Assembly: GCA_030141605.1 (NCBI GenBank)
Contig: JAQGDQ010000020.1
Location: 1,178,001-1,242,000, forward strand
Direction: 5' to 3'
Length of the DNA: 64,000 bases
DNA from: Tubiluchus corallicola
Taxonomy: Eukaryota; Animalia; Priapulida
The position numbers and the translations under genes were made by a program. The notes below the pieces were generated by a model. That model made no database searches. It was not told where the DNA came from and worked only from the letters and a program-made list of their open reading frames with translations. Below are positions 12,401 through 24,633 of this stretch, piece by piece; the first letter of the stretch is position 1, and every line of letters starts with the position of its first letter.

Positions 12401-15400
12401 ATGCAAGCTCAGGAAGCAGTCAGCCGCATCAAGGTAAGCAGAGTAACTTTCTTGTACATCATTTGTTAACCGTGTTTCCTGACTCTTCACTCCTCACACT
12501 GAAAACATTTACAAAAAAAAGCTTATATCAAATGTGACTCCAATAACTATGCATTTTAGCACTCTGACCGGAAGTGTTTCCCGTTAATTACAACCTCAGT
12601 GCTTAAAAAACTTTAACATATACCTCATGTCACCTGCAAATTAGTTATCAAAATTAGTTTTTTAATGTCCGTGGGTAGTCACTGTTACCACATTCATCCG
12701 TGCTTTGCTATTGGCCGCCTGTTGCATATATTTGCTGCCATTTAGTGGCTTGCAACCAATAATAGCAACACAACAATAACAACTACTACAAGAATAACAG
12801 CAGCAACAACAACTACACTGACAACAACAACAGCAGCAGCAACAACAACAACAACATCAGCGACAACAGCAACAACAACAACAACATCATCAATAACAAC
12901 AACAACAACAGCAAAAGCCTCAACAGCCATTTTATTTATAAAGTGCACTTGAATATAACAATATCGGTCATGCTATGTTGTGCAAAGATAAACATTGCAT
13001 ACAATCCTTTTTTACTTATCAGTAACTTCTTTTTATTAACTATCTATATGTAAGTTACAAGTTCTAACTTTTTTATTACAAGCTGGCATGCATCACCTTT
13101 AAATGCTTTTAAATTAGTTTAAAATAATTCATAACTACGACTGAAAATAACAGGTAATGCGTCATTCATAAATTCGTACAATTACTTTGCTAAGCAGACC
13201 AAATCGATTACATTAATCCGTAGTGATTTATGCATATTTTCCAACCTGCAAACAGAATCATATACACAGTTTTATTTGCTGTAATCCCTGCCGTGTTTGT
13301 ATCATACACGGTTCTTCTTCTCCTAATCAATTCCGTTCTAATTAGCTGCTTCCTTGCTGATTTATGTTATTATTCAAATTCGTATGTCGTAGAATCTCAG
13401 GATTCACGTCACTCTCGAAGATTTACAAACGAAAATTAATTAATTTTCTCAAGCCATAAATAATCCGTAAACTGTTAATTTGCAAATGTTTTTGAAATAT
13501 TTGGTTTTTCGTTCATGGCTCATGAGTAAACGCGTACAGTACTGGCTTGTACCATGTTTTAGCTCTGCTGTTAAAACTTAAACTACTGTTGCCCATAGTT
13601 GATAGAACAGACGAAAAGTTTCTGAATTTCGAAACACAAATTTGTCTGAAACAAAATATAGAAAACTTGGGCTGAGCCTGCATTTGAACCAGATACCTTT
13701 AGATTACAAGTGCAGTGCAATGACCCCAATTTTATTCAATACCTTTAGATTACAAGTGCAGTGCAATGACCCCAATTTTATTCAATGTCATGTTTTAATT
13801 CACTTCTTATAGCTGTATTATCATCTACTTCGTCTCCGTCTAACCAACTTTCGAATTTTGTCATAAGAAATTGTCTCTTCTTTTTATTGATGACACTTTT
13901 ATCATACTGTGGAGCTTTGGAACTAATATCATTGTTAGTCAAATGTTACAAAATTTGGTGTTTGTGATAAGTTGTATAAAATTGCATCACACTAACTTCG
14001 TGCTGTCACTTGGGAGTTGTTATGCATAGTGGCATTTTAATCTCACCGGAGTACCCCCTCGGTTTCATCCATTTTCTTCATTTCTGCAGCCTCTAATGGC
14101 TGTAATATTAGCAAAACTTCAAGCTTGCGAGAAGCACGTCCTAATTGACCGACTCGCTGAAGTCATTACTGTTGAAAGCGGCTGCATTTTTCTCGTTCAC
14201 TGAATCATTACTACGTAGTTCACGCTCATTGATTTGTTCGTGTTTTCCATTAGTTCTTCACTGAGCTTCTATGTGTGTGTGTGTTATCCGATACAAGCGG
14301 GTTTGGAGTGGGAATTGTTATTAGAAGAGAGCGGAGGTTACTCTGTATTATATAGCAATGAGTTTTTAGGAGGAACCTCTTATTCTGTCGAGTACCGGAG
14401 TATCATTTAACCTCTCTAACACTTTTACATGCATCACATCAAAAAGTCTAATCATGAAAGCCAAAGCTGTGGCACCAATTGTATGGTCACATGCATCCTT
14501 TTCTGGCAAATTTTGCTGCTGTAACTTATATTTTTGCCCTGTTTCGTTAGTTATAAAATGATTCTTTATAACTTTTTCCTTTTGGCTTCTTATCTATGAA
14601 ACTCTTTTTGAGAAAATTTTTTGCAAGTTAGTGAGAATTTCATTTGTTTTTAAGAAAATGAGATATTTGCTAACAAATTAGTTATGAGAATTTAATTCCT
14701 GTGGACATACGTTTATTGTTTTACTGTAGCCACTTGCACTGAGTGACCACTGGTCATTTTGGGAGCGATTCGTATGCACATAAAAAAAATCTGTGTTAAT
14801 AATTTATCAAACAATAAAAAAATCTATTGTGATAATCCAATGCGCTTATCACACTTTTATTACCAAATCCTTCTAACATTTTTCGCAAATTTTGAAAGCT
14901 TAACCTACACCAGAAGGCCTTGTCTTCTTCTTTAAAGTACGTCTGCCTTCTTCACTTAAACTGAATGTTCCAAAAGACATGTATGTATTGTATCTATCAT
15001 CAATGGAAGAAAACTCGCATGTGAACACACCTTTCAAATAATTCTTAATTACCAAATTTGCTCAATTTCACAATTTTCTGGCTGATACTAACTTGTTGGC
15101 TGATGAGTCATAAAAATGTACGGAATAATGCGTTAAAAAGTGAACTGCGAGATAGTCCTTCTTGCATCTTCTGTGTCTGTGGAACAGGTACTGAGATGGT
15201 AAAAGGGACCTGCTGAACCACAGAACCATTACGTCCCAGCCTACTTATTGGCGATATTATTATACAATAGCTTAATAATGCACAGAACCATTACAATGTA
15301 GGAGTGATAAGGCGAAAATAAATAGCATTTTGCCATCGTTACAATAGTGATGTTAATGATGGGTGCAGTGTTCTTGGTTATAAGCTCCTATCAGCACTTA

Positions 15401-18400
15401 TGCAATAAAGAATTAGGATATATTGGGATAATGTCGGCCACATATAGATTTTTTTCAATGTTTCACCTTGTGTTTCAATTAATATTTTATAAATACTATA
15501 TATATATATATATATAAAATATTTATATAGTATATATGCATATATATATATATATATATATATGCATATATACTATATAAATATTTTATATATTCTATAA
15601 AATGCGAGTCTAGATCATGTGACCTCACTTTAGTGTATAAAAACTGGATGGCCGTCATTACCGCACCGTACCGATGGCCGACATCACCGCACTGTACCGA
15701 TGGCCGACATTACCGCACTATACCATATTGCTCAAAATCTACCAGTAACTAATAAAATGACCAAGAATTTTTCCATTTTCAACATGCTACGTCATATATT
15801 ACTGAATACATTGCATAAATGTAACAATCGTGATTGATTACGTTTAGATGTACCGTTTTTATTACATTCTGTAATTGTTATGTGGTTTCTTAGACATGTT
15901 CTGTAATGTTTGCCAATGGCCCTTATCTGGCAGTAAAATTTGCACATTGCACAACATTTGATTTATGCTTATTCTGTTCGTGTCTGAAGTTATGAAGATG
16001 AAATAATTAAGCAAGGATTTTGAGTTAATTATTAACTTAGAAATATGTCTGGTTCATTGATAATGCAGACTTATTCTTTTCATGTGTTTGCTAAAAAAAC
16101 ATTAATGCTTTCATTTCAGTACATTTTAAACATGTCTTCTGTGGTGCAAATTACGACAATTTTTGCATTCGGTTCAGTTTTATGTTTTGCCCTTGCTGTA
16201 ATTTCAACCAGTTACAGTATTTGTTTCTCTGAATTTTTTCGTCTGTTTTTCGGGGCTCAAAAACTGACATGCTCTCTTGTTTTTTTCTCTTGCTGTGCAT
16301 TCATGTGATTGATCAAGAAGGCCTTGGTAAGTGTTACAGTGCATGCTCTGAAACAATTGTTTCACATATACATTTATTTCAAGTGCATTTGTTTCTGCGG
16401 TTATTGTATTGTTGTGAGAGTAGCGTGTGTCACTGTATTCTTTAATATGTATAAAAGCAAATCATAAATGATGCGAAAATTTCCAAGTCTTTTTATTTTG
16501 ATGCTGTTTTTATCACTTGTCTTTTATTTGAACAACAGTTCGTTACAAACAACGTGGGAAATCTTTAATTGTGTTATGATTGTATGTCTTAAGCTCTGTA
16601 ATTCTCTGTAAACAATTTTAAATCATGAACAGTGCAGATAAATAATGTTTTACGACTTGCACCCGTGTTTTTGCTTTTTCTGTTTGTTCGTTTTGTTAGT
16701 TTGCAAAGTTTGGTATGTCACTTCTGTTAGCATGACGTAGTTGGTGTAGTTCCGTAAGAGTCAACATTACTTACTGTGTTTATGTGTGTAAAGGCACCAG
16801 ATTACCACATTTTTGCACAGTTGTGGTACCTTACCATAGAGCTTGGCAGAATCCATCATATCCAAAGACCATACTACTCCTTTCAACTTTTGTTGAACAG
16901 TAATATTCCTGGCAGCAAATCTAAAACCGTGACGACACGATTGTTTAGCAGAACGTTGATGACTTGCATTAGGCATTTTTTGTTTGCAGGCTCCAGACGG
17001 AGAGAATCAACCGAGCACGGAGGTGGATTTATTCATTTCCACGGAGAAGATTATGGTGCTGAACACGGATTTACAGGTTTGTTGAAGAAGCTATTAGCAT
17101 GATTAGTGTCATGTAATTTTGTTTTGTCTGTCTGACATATTACGAATTGTTACTGATCTAATTTAAGATAAGCACTACAGTGCCTTGCTCTAATGGTCTA
17201 CTGTGATATTAAGCCTTTTTATCACTACTCATATAGAAAAATAATGCTATTTTAGACACCATTATGGCTGCCATATTGGATCTAAGATTGCACTGCAGTG
17301 CCTTGCTCTATTCGTCTATTGCGACATTAAGCATATTTATCACTACTTGTGTGAAAAACTAATGGTACTATAGACACCATTTTGGATCTAAGAATGTAAG
17401 TTGATCCTCCGTGTCCATTCCAGTGGACTTAATGCCATTCATTCAAAATTTCGTTATAATCCATGCAGTCGTTTGGCCATGTGTAAAGAGCAAACAGATA
17501 AAATCTGCTCGCTTGATACTACCGATGCTCCTAGGACCTCACAAGTTTTATTCGCTGTACTCACTTTGTTGCTGCTACTTGAATTCTTAACTTAAACATG
17601 TTTACATACAGAAAGACTGCTTACAAATCCAATTTTTTTCCTCGGACCTCTTACCTATAAAATTGTCTACCAGAAAGTAGTTTCCCTGTTAAACTAGCCT
17701 GCTTTAAGAAGTTTGTTAACAATCACTAGCTAATAATTAGTTACAATAATAATGTGTTTCGCGACCAGTGTAATCCACATTTCAACGTTTCTGCTACAGC
17801 CCCATCTACTGTCCAGCCACTAACCTGGTTTTGGGTGATTTACTTAAAAAAACTGACATATAAAGAGTCTTAAAGACTTTTCTATCTGTATTCAATCTAA
17901 AAAAGTTTTCATTACAAATTTGTATAGTTTTTTACCATCTAGTGTGGTTTTTCTTTGAATGTGGTTGTCCTTTACAAATGTAAATATTCATTTGACATTT
18001 TCATTATTCCTATTTGTGTTGTGCAGGAAATTATGATGGATCATGCGCTCCGGACCATATCATACATTGCCGACATTGGTGACATCATCGTCGTCATGGC
18101 GAGAAGGAGAGTGGTCACCGACGATAAGTCCGGCAAGGTGGTCGTTGGTCAGCAAGCCAAGATGATCTGTCACGTCTTCGAAACTGAGGAAGTAAGCAAA
18201 AATCTCCATCTTGAAAGTTTTTAGTTCTTTTACGTTGTAGTTACTCTGAATTTACTTATTGCACTTGTGGAAAGGATGTCTTTGGATAGATGTGTTGCTT
18301 GCTTTGGAAACATTGTGCACTCTGAATTCATCCAACTAATTCAAATTCAGGTCTCAGATCAAATGATAACTTCTTGCTCATGGTTCCTAGAGGGCTCTGT

Positions 18401-21400
18401 TCCACTGTGAGTGATAGGTCATTTGCTGTTGTAGAACCAGCTCTATGCAATGGTCTATCTGTCCACATCAGGACACTTTCCGACAACACTAGAGCACTTT
18501 TAAAAAAAGATGAAAACATACTTATTAAAATTGCTCACAGTCTTTAAAGTTATCAAATAATTTGCCGTAATTTACTTTTATTTTTATGGTTCTGTGTGTT
18601 TTTATGTATTTAATTATTGTATTTTTTATGAAATTTAGTAGGCTTGCTGTTTAATCCTGTGAACCTTTTTTATAAGCTTGTCGTGATAATTTTAGATGTT
18701 TTTGTGAAGCATCTTTGATTATTGTCAGTCGTGCTGTCTATAGATTTAGATGCTATACAAAACAAATATTATTATTAATATTGAGGAAAAGATGCCTGCC
18801 TTTTTAATAGTTCGAAGCCGGAAACCAGCATTCACTGGCAGATGAGCCACTGAACCAACACAGGTGTCTCAGTGATATTTGAATGTGAATATAGCCACCC
18901 TCTATGAGGTAAACAGCCAGAATCAGAATGGCAAATGAAACTTCCCAAAGTGAGAATTGAAGCTGTCATCCGTCCACTCACGACCAAAATTGGGCTGTTC
19001 ATAACTTTGGTCGCTAAACGAACACCGTGCCCACTAGGCCAGCAGCCTTCAAGCCAGGCACATCTTTGTTGAAGTGGAGCATAAATGGAGTAGGGAGGTT
19101 TCATTTGTGAAATCGATTACAGTTGCTTGTGGCAAGACCAAAACCTAGCTGTTTAACAAGATAATTCTCCGTGGTTCAAATATGTGTACATCCTCTGTCA
19201 TGTATGCTAGTATGAATGTTTTTATTCTAGGCGCCTCTCATAGCACAGTCTATTGGTCAGGCCTTTCAAGTCGCCTACGTTGAGTTTCTCAAAGCCAATG
19301 GCATCGAGGATCCGAACATTCTGCGTGAAATGGACTATCAAGAGGTGCTGAACTCACAGGAGATACCAGGAGACGAACTGAATATGTTTGCCAGTAAAGA
19401 GCAACAAAAAGAGGTACTTTGTATGGCTTCTTTTCTTTTTTACTTAGCATTTTTATGCTTTTATTATATTCTTATCTTTTGAACTTCTTGTTCATTTTTT
19501 ATTTTCTGTTACATTTCTTGTTCCGTTGAAAATTTAGGAAAAACGTCAGTGCACGATCTTCGTACTTTGGATTTACGTATTTTAACTTTTTAATTTAATT
19601 TAATTTATTAACACGATATACATATGCTGTACATTACAATATAATCAAAAGTTACATTAAAATGAATAAAATTTTTGAGCGCTGGGGAGCGCTGGTTACA
19701 TGTGACTACCAAGATCAACTATACACAGTCTTCTGCAGAATAATTTAAAATTTGTCACAAACAGAGAATCATTCGCAGAATTTGGAAGTGAATTCAACAT
19801 GTGATCAATCTGATTTGAAAAAACTGTCCAAACTGCTTTTTAATTGTTCTTTGTACAAATAGTTTCAACGAATGGAAATTATTCGTTGAAAGTATTTGAT
19901 TCAATGAAACAGTTTACTCCACATACGATCAGATGATACCCTAGTAAAAAAAAATTTCAGCACCCAAATATACTTCTTTTTGAAGGATTTTAAGGTAGTC
20001 GTGGACTTACAACCACAGTCGGTTCCGGCACATTGAACGTAAGATGAGTTGGATGCAAGTCGTGCCGTATAGTCAGCGTAACAGGTGCACCAAACTCACA
20101 AGACATTGTGTGTTTCTGCGCACTAAGTGTACTGGCACCTATACGAATTTATGAAAACAGACAGCGATTTAAAATTGATTTGTATAACAAAATAGAAGGA
20201 AATACGAGTCATGGTTGGTTTTGTTTAATTAACTATTAAAATTGCTGTCGGGTTGTAAAGTTGAATGTAATGACGTCTAATGACTTCAAATTTAGAACTA
20301 TGATACGTATTTCATACGTTTTTAGTAAGATTAGTCAATGTATCTGCAAAATGTAGAAAACACTTGATTCAATGTATTTTCAGATCATCACTCCAAAGTT
20401 AAAAGGTGAAATTCTTGGAGTAGTGATTGTCGAATCGGGCTGGGGTTCCATGCTACCAACCGTAGTCATTGCCAACATGGCACCCAATGGGGCGGCAGCA
20501 CGCTGCGGTCAGTTGAATATTGGTGACCAGATAATCTCTGTAAATGGTGTCAGTCTAGTGGGTCTGCCATTATCCACTTGCCAAAATTATATAAAGGTAA
20601 GGTTATATTACCACTCATGTGAACAGGTCATTGCAAATTAAACATCACACATGTGAACAGATCATTGTTGGTCTGTTATTGCTTATATACTTGCTCTATT
20701 TTGTTTTAACACTATCAATTTTTTGTTTGTGGTCTACAGGTGTCTGTAGAATAATTTTGTTTTTTTCCGTTGAAATTTTCCAGGCATGCAAAAATCAAAC
20801 AGTCGTGAAGCTGACCGTCGTCTCTTGTGCGCCGGTCGTAGAAGTCAAAATCAAGCGTCCTGATACAAAGTATCAGCTAGGCTTTAGTGTGCAGAACGGA
20901 ACGGTAGGTGGAGACACTGTACAGTTTGATAAAAAATTATTGACCCCCCCCCCCACACTTATGCAAGAAACCAAAAAAAAAGAAAGAAAATTGGGAGGAT
21001 TGTTTAATTTTAAACAAATGGCATTATTTAATGTCTATCAGCCATTTGCTGTTATGGTGTCTGTGTTAGGAATCGATGGAGGTGTGAGTGCTGAGACAAC
21101 TGGTGTTCTCTTTCATTTTAGTGGTCTGTCATTTCTTGCCACTGTATATAACTTTGGCTGTTTCTTTGCTTATTTGTGCCAAAGTTGATTGTTTTATGAA
21201 ACTTTGCAGATTTACTGCTTAAACCGATGCTCTTTTGTTAGGTTTTCCAGATTTTCTATGTGTCTATCGTGAAGTTGTTATTTTACGCTTATCGTGGGTT
21301 TGTTACTGTGATGAAATATTTGCAAGTTAATTGTTTGTAATGTTCAAACACTTTTAATAAACATTTAGTTAATCTTTTTTGTGATTCCAACTCCAGCTGT

Positions 21401-23151
21401 TGGAATACAACAAAAACAAACAGGTTGTTTTACTTTGTAGCTGCTGATATTTTTTTGAGCATTTGAAACATTTAGTATGCGTGCTTTGCTGATCTGTACA
21501 AAAGTCGTCTCTAAAGTACTTTACCTTGCATAGTTTTTTGGGCTATGTAATTTTTCTAGTTCATTATTTTGTCACAGTTTTCAGTTTGTTGTGATTACTA
21601 TTACCAAATCAAATAACTGTCAGTTTTAACATTTTATTAATTTTAAAAGCAAGAAAAGTTCTCGTATCCAGTAGGATACATTGAGCGTGAAAGGGTTAAA
21701 CAGTTTGATAATCCCAGCTCAGCTAGCCTGATTTCTACACCGTGTCCCTCCCGCTATATAGTTCTTAAAATCTTGAGTCATAGATGTATTAATTACGACA
21801 TCACAACTATTACTGTGCTGTAATTTGCACGTAGACTCCCGTAAATTGCCACTAATATACACATTATCTTTACCTGCAAATTGGCTAGCTCTTTGGTTTT
21901 GTTGATTTTTGATGAACTTTGAAATTTTTCATGATTTTTAAGCACTGCTTTATTTTTTTACCATTTATAATTCTTTCACAGATTTGTAGTCTACTTAGAG
22001 GAGGTATAGCAGAACGCGGGGGCGTCCGTGTTGGTCATCGCATCATAGAGATAAACGGCAACAGTGTTGTGGCTGTACCTCATGACCGTATAGTCAATTT
22101 ACTAGCTACCTCTATTGGCGAGGTTAGAAATTAAATATTTTGCATTGTCTTACACTCATACCTCTGTTTACTGGATCTCGCTTTTACAGATATCGGAAAA
22201 TTCGGACAAAACCCTGTTCCGTTAAAAGTCCTGCATGCAACAAAAACGGCTGTTATTTCACAAGTTGACTGCTAGCTAGCAGCCGCCGATTTGCTTACAT
22301 CCAAACAGCATGTAGCGACACGTGTGTAGTTTGTGCGTCAGCATCTTTAGTAGTTTAGTCAGCATCTCTAAGTGCTTTAGAGTCAATTATGTGGAGTTAT
22401 TTGAGTCAATTGCAGACAGTTTTTATATACTTTTGCATAGGTGCGGCCCGTACTAGATGTTTTTGAGACAGTTAGGCAATACACGGCGCCTACTATATTA
22501 GCTTAATATCTGAAAATACAGACAATCAGCAAATTCGGGCCAATGTGTCCCCGCTTTTGTGCAGCAAACCGAAATATGAGTGTATTTGTATTTTGAATAA
22601 AGGTGCATGATTATATTTACAGTTACATAGTTACTGCAAATGCACATTTGCTGATACTTTGGACTGAGGGAATAACTGAGTTGTCCTGGCGTGTGCTTGG
22701 TTGCAAAGTTAAGCAATGACGAGCATACTTATTAGTCTTTTTGCACACTGACTTATGGTCAGCTGCACACTGGTATTAACTTAATCTTGATTTATTTAAA
22801 CCAGTTTTAAAAACAACAAGCACTAGCTGTTTATAGCTAATTCCAACAATTAAATACTATAGTAATTTTACTGCCGTAACATTGTATTGAAATGATAACC
22901 TCATGCAAAGAAAGCAAGTACATGTACACAGCTTATAAGGTAACTGCACAGCCTGTGTTAAGTAAATATGATTTGATATCAGAGTGGTTATAGTGCCATC
23001 ATTTCTGGCTGGTTTTTAACTCTCAAAAAGCTAGAAATTAATTTTGTCTTCATCTAATTAACATTTTTTCCCTTTTCAGATACACATGAAGACTATGCCT
23101 ACATCTATGTTTAGACTACTGACTGGTCAAGAAACGCCCCTGTACTTATAG
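3215..23151 (+). CDS. lin-10: X11/Mint/LIN-10 (amyloid-beta precursor protein-binding family A) adaptor, 5'-partial, multi-exon: 3215-3408, 4018-4083, 6525-6619, 7521-7551, 12291-12433, [16321-16326], 16990-17076, 18027-18191, 19231-19413, 20384-20596, 20784-20903, 21982-22122, 23080-23151
   Basis: The spliced translation gives the PTB domain ([18 protein letters not shown]...[42 protein letters not shown]), PDZ1 ([25 protein letters not shown]...GQLNIGDQI), PDZ2 ([10 protein letters not shown]...[25 protein letters not shown]) and the tail [14 protein letters not shown], all diagnostic of APBA/X11. All introns are GT-AG with compatible phases. Confidence 0.96.
4018..4083 (+). CDS. lin-10: X11/LIN-10 N-terminal exon ([22 protein letters not shown])
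   Basis: ctctag acceptor, gtaggt donor, phase 1 in and phase 1 out. Confidence 0.7.
6525..6619 (+). CDS. lin-10: X11/LIN-10 exon ([32 protein letters not shown])
   Basis: tttcag acceptor, aag|gtatcc donor, phase 1 in and phase 0 out. An alternative acceptor at 6510 is possible. Confidence 0.75.
7040..7320. mobile_element. Dispersed repeat family copy (second copy about 17165-17520), possibly Helitron/Helentron-associated
   Basis: The two loci share the blocks GCCATATTGGATCTAAGAT, CAAAATTTC...AATCCATGCAGTC and GCTCGCTT. The class is an inference. Confidence 0.5.
7521..7551 (+). CDS. lin-10: X11/LIN-10 31-nt exon ([10 protein letters not shown])
   Basis: Strong ttttcccttgcag acceptor and aag|gtgagg donor. 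It bridges phase 0 (6619) to phase 1 (12291). Confidence 0.75.
12291..12433 (+). CDS. lin-10: X11/LIN-10 PTB domain exon 1
   Basis: [48 protein letters not shown]; ttctag acceptor, gtaagc donor. Confidence 0.96.
12765..12912. repeat. (CAA/CAG)n trinucleotide microsatellite
   Basis: Degenerate AAC/AGC run. Confidence 0.9.
13692..13785. repeat. 47-bp exact tandem duplication within a SINE-like head
   Basis: ATACCTTTAGATTACAAGTGCAGTGCAATGACCCCAATTTTATTCA occurs twice. Confidence 0.9.
15510..15593. repeat. Perfect 84-bp AT-rich palindrome centred on (TA)11
   Basis: TATATAAAATATTTATATAGTATATATGCA-(TA)11-TGCATATATACTATATAAATATTTTATATA. Confidence 0.9.
16321..16326 (+). CDS. lin-10: Candidate 6-nt microexon (GCC TTG = Ala-Leu; 9-nt KAL with the upstream AG) in the X11 PTB domain
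   Basis: ctgac branch-like motif, pyrimidine tract, TGC motifs, then aagaag|GCCTTG|gtaagt. It lies in a phase-0 intron and preserves the frame. Confidence 0.7.
16990..17076 (+). CDS. lin-10: X11/LIN-10 PTB exon ([29 protein letters not shown])
   Basis: tttgcag acceptor, gtttgt donor, 87 nt, phase 0-0. Confidence 0.96.
18027..18191 (+). CDS. lin-10: X11/LIN-10 PTB exon ([19 protein letters not shown]...[11 protein letters not shown])
   Basis: gtgcag acceptor, gtaagc donor, 165 nt. Confidence 0.96.
19231..19413 (+). CDS. lin-10: X11/LIN-10 PTB end and linker exon ([27 protein letters not shown]...)
   Basis: ttctag acceptor, gtactt donor, 183 nt. Absent from the supplied ORF track. Confidence 0.95.
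20384..20596 (+). CDS. lin-10: X11/LIN-10 PDZ1 exon
   Basis: ttttcag acceptor, gtaagg donor; [28 protein letters not shown]... Confidence 0.96.
20784..20903 (+). CDS. lin-10: X11/LIN-10 PDZ1-PDZ2 exon
   Basis: ttccag acceptor, gtaggt donor; [40 protein letters not shown]. Confidence 0.96.
21982..22122 (+). CDS. lin-10: X11/LIN-10 PDZ2 exon
   Basis: tcacag acceptor, gttaga donor; [47 protein letters not shown]. Confidence 0.96.
23080..23151 (+). CDS. lin-10: X11/LIN-10 terminal coding exon ([23 protein letters not shown])
   Basis: ttttcag acceptor; conserved APBA C-terminal tail; TAG at 23149-23151. Confidence 0.95.
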   Translation: MHMKTMPTSMFRLLTGQETPLYL

Positions 23152-23574
23152 ACCTCAACTGTGACAAGTGCAGACTTGATGATGGTCAAGGAATGCCTCT
23201 GTTATAGACCTCAACTGTGACAAGTGCAGACTTGATGATGGTGAAGGAATGCCTCTGTTATAGACCTCAACTGTGACAAGTGCAGACTTGATGATGGTCA
23301 AGGAATGCCTCTGTTATAGACCTCAACTGTGACAAGTGCAGACTTGATGATGGTCAAGGAATGCCTCTGTTATAGACCTCAACTGTGACAAGTGCATACT
23401 TGACGATGGTCAAGGAATGCCTCTGTTATAGACCTCAAGTGTGACAAGTGCAGACTTGATGATGGTCAAGGAATGCCTCTGTTATAGACCTCAACTGTGA
23501 CAAGTGCAGACTTGATGATGGTCAAGGAATGCCTCTGTTATAGACCTCAACTGTGACAAGTGCAGACTTGATGA
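23146..23574 (+). repeat. 56-bp minisatellite (about 7.6 copies) starting at the X11 stop codon
   Basis: Unit TTATAGACCTCAACTGTGACAAGTGCAGACTTGATGATGGTCAAGGAATGCCTCTG at 23146, 23202 ... 23538. Confidence 0.97.
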
Positions 23575-24240
23575 GATATCAAACTGATTGTCTCACGTGT
23601 TTTGCATCAAAATATACGGCATCTACAAGAATGAAATTCGTATTTGACAATCACATGAATTTTGAAGTTTAAATGAAATTGCATTGCAACGTGCATCATT
23701 GCTTTTCTGTCTCTGATGAAGATTTGTGCTCTTGCCTTGGGAGATGTGAAAATGTGAATATTTGCCGCTGCTGTTTTCAGTGACCCATTTTTTAACCAAC
23801 ATTATGTACAGGGTGACCATGCTGTTACTGTTATCCTATTTCTTAGTAAACAACATTTAGGTCACCCAGTAATCGTCTATGTTTACCAAAATTTCATTGT
23901 AAGTATCGATAATGAATTTATAATAACTCTGTACATAAGTATAATTAGTGTAACAGATTTTGTGATAAAAATTATTGTACACATTAGCGTAGGGGTCGTA
24001 TTATGATCAAAACGGTTGTGTCCTGTGCGGAGCAGTTGCGTATAAAGTTATAACTCCTAGTCACATTGTACAGTTCGTTGTTAATTTGAGGAGCTTTGGC
24101 AGTAAGTGGTACAATTTCGTTTACTGTTTTGGTTACAGTTAATTTTACTGTCTACAAACTAGCAATCATGCCGACTATAAAAACAACAGTTATTATTTAT
24201 GCTCCTGATTTAGAAAAACTTGCCAATTTAAAGACAAAAT

Positions 24241-24633
24241 CAGGGTTCCCACGGTCAGGGAAAATCCTTGAAAATACAGGTTATCCTGGAAAGTCATGGA
24301 AAAGTCAGGGAAAAGATAATTAGGTAAAATGTTAGGGAAATTGGAAAGGATTGCAAAAATAATCACCGTGAACCGATATTTTTCCAAACATATTTTTCGG
24401 CGATTCGTGTTCAAATAAAATTTTGCTATGGAAGGCTCCCAGTTTTGATTTCTGTTCCAAAAATAATGATTGGCCGACACATTATATATAAGTATATGTA
24501 TGAGTGTCCATACACAAAAATGTATGAATATTTATAGTAGTAATGCAATTTCTGCTTATCTTGGTCATGGAAAATCAATATTTGGTCAGGGAAAAGTCAG
24601 GGAAATTTACTTTAAAATTGTGTGGGAACCTTG
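24241..24633. mobile_element. Non-autonomous DNA transposon (MITE) downstream of the X11 stop
   Basis: TIRs CAGGGTTCCCAC / GTGGGAACCTTG; internal GTCA(G/T)GGAAAA repeats; flanks CAAAAT/TAAAAT (possible 6-bp TSD). Confidence 0.8.

Noticed and set aside
14090-14203. Strong acceptor (ttttcttcatttctgcag) followed by a 37-codon open frame as an alternative X11 exon
   Set aside because: No similarity to PTB sequence, no good donor, and it would truncate the domain. Unsupported without RNA data.
15099-15135. CTGATGA-GTCAT-AAAA-ATGTAC-GGAA as a hammerhead (also CTGATGA at 63346)
   Set aside because: GAAA is missing or mutated and I could not form stems I and III.
23149-23220. Stop-codon readthrough of X11 into the repeat
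   Set aside because: TAG-A is not a leaky context, the unit length is not a multiple of three, and extension would mask the conserved C-terminal PDZ-binding tail.
23146-23574. Regular repeat array as a possible CRISPR
   Set aside because: Units are contiguous with no unique spacers, there are no cas genes and the context is a eukaryotic 3'UTR. The same applies to the 29-, 50-, 60- and 88-bp arrays.
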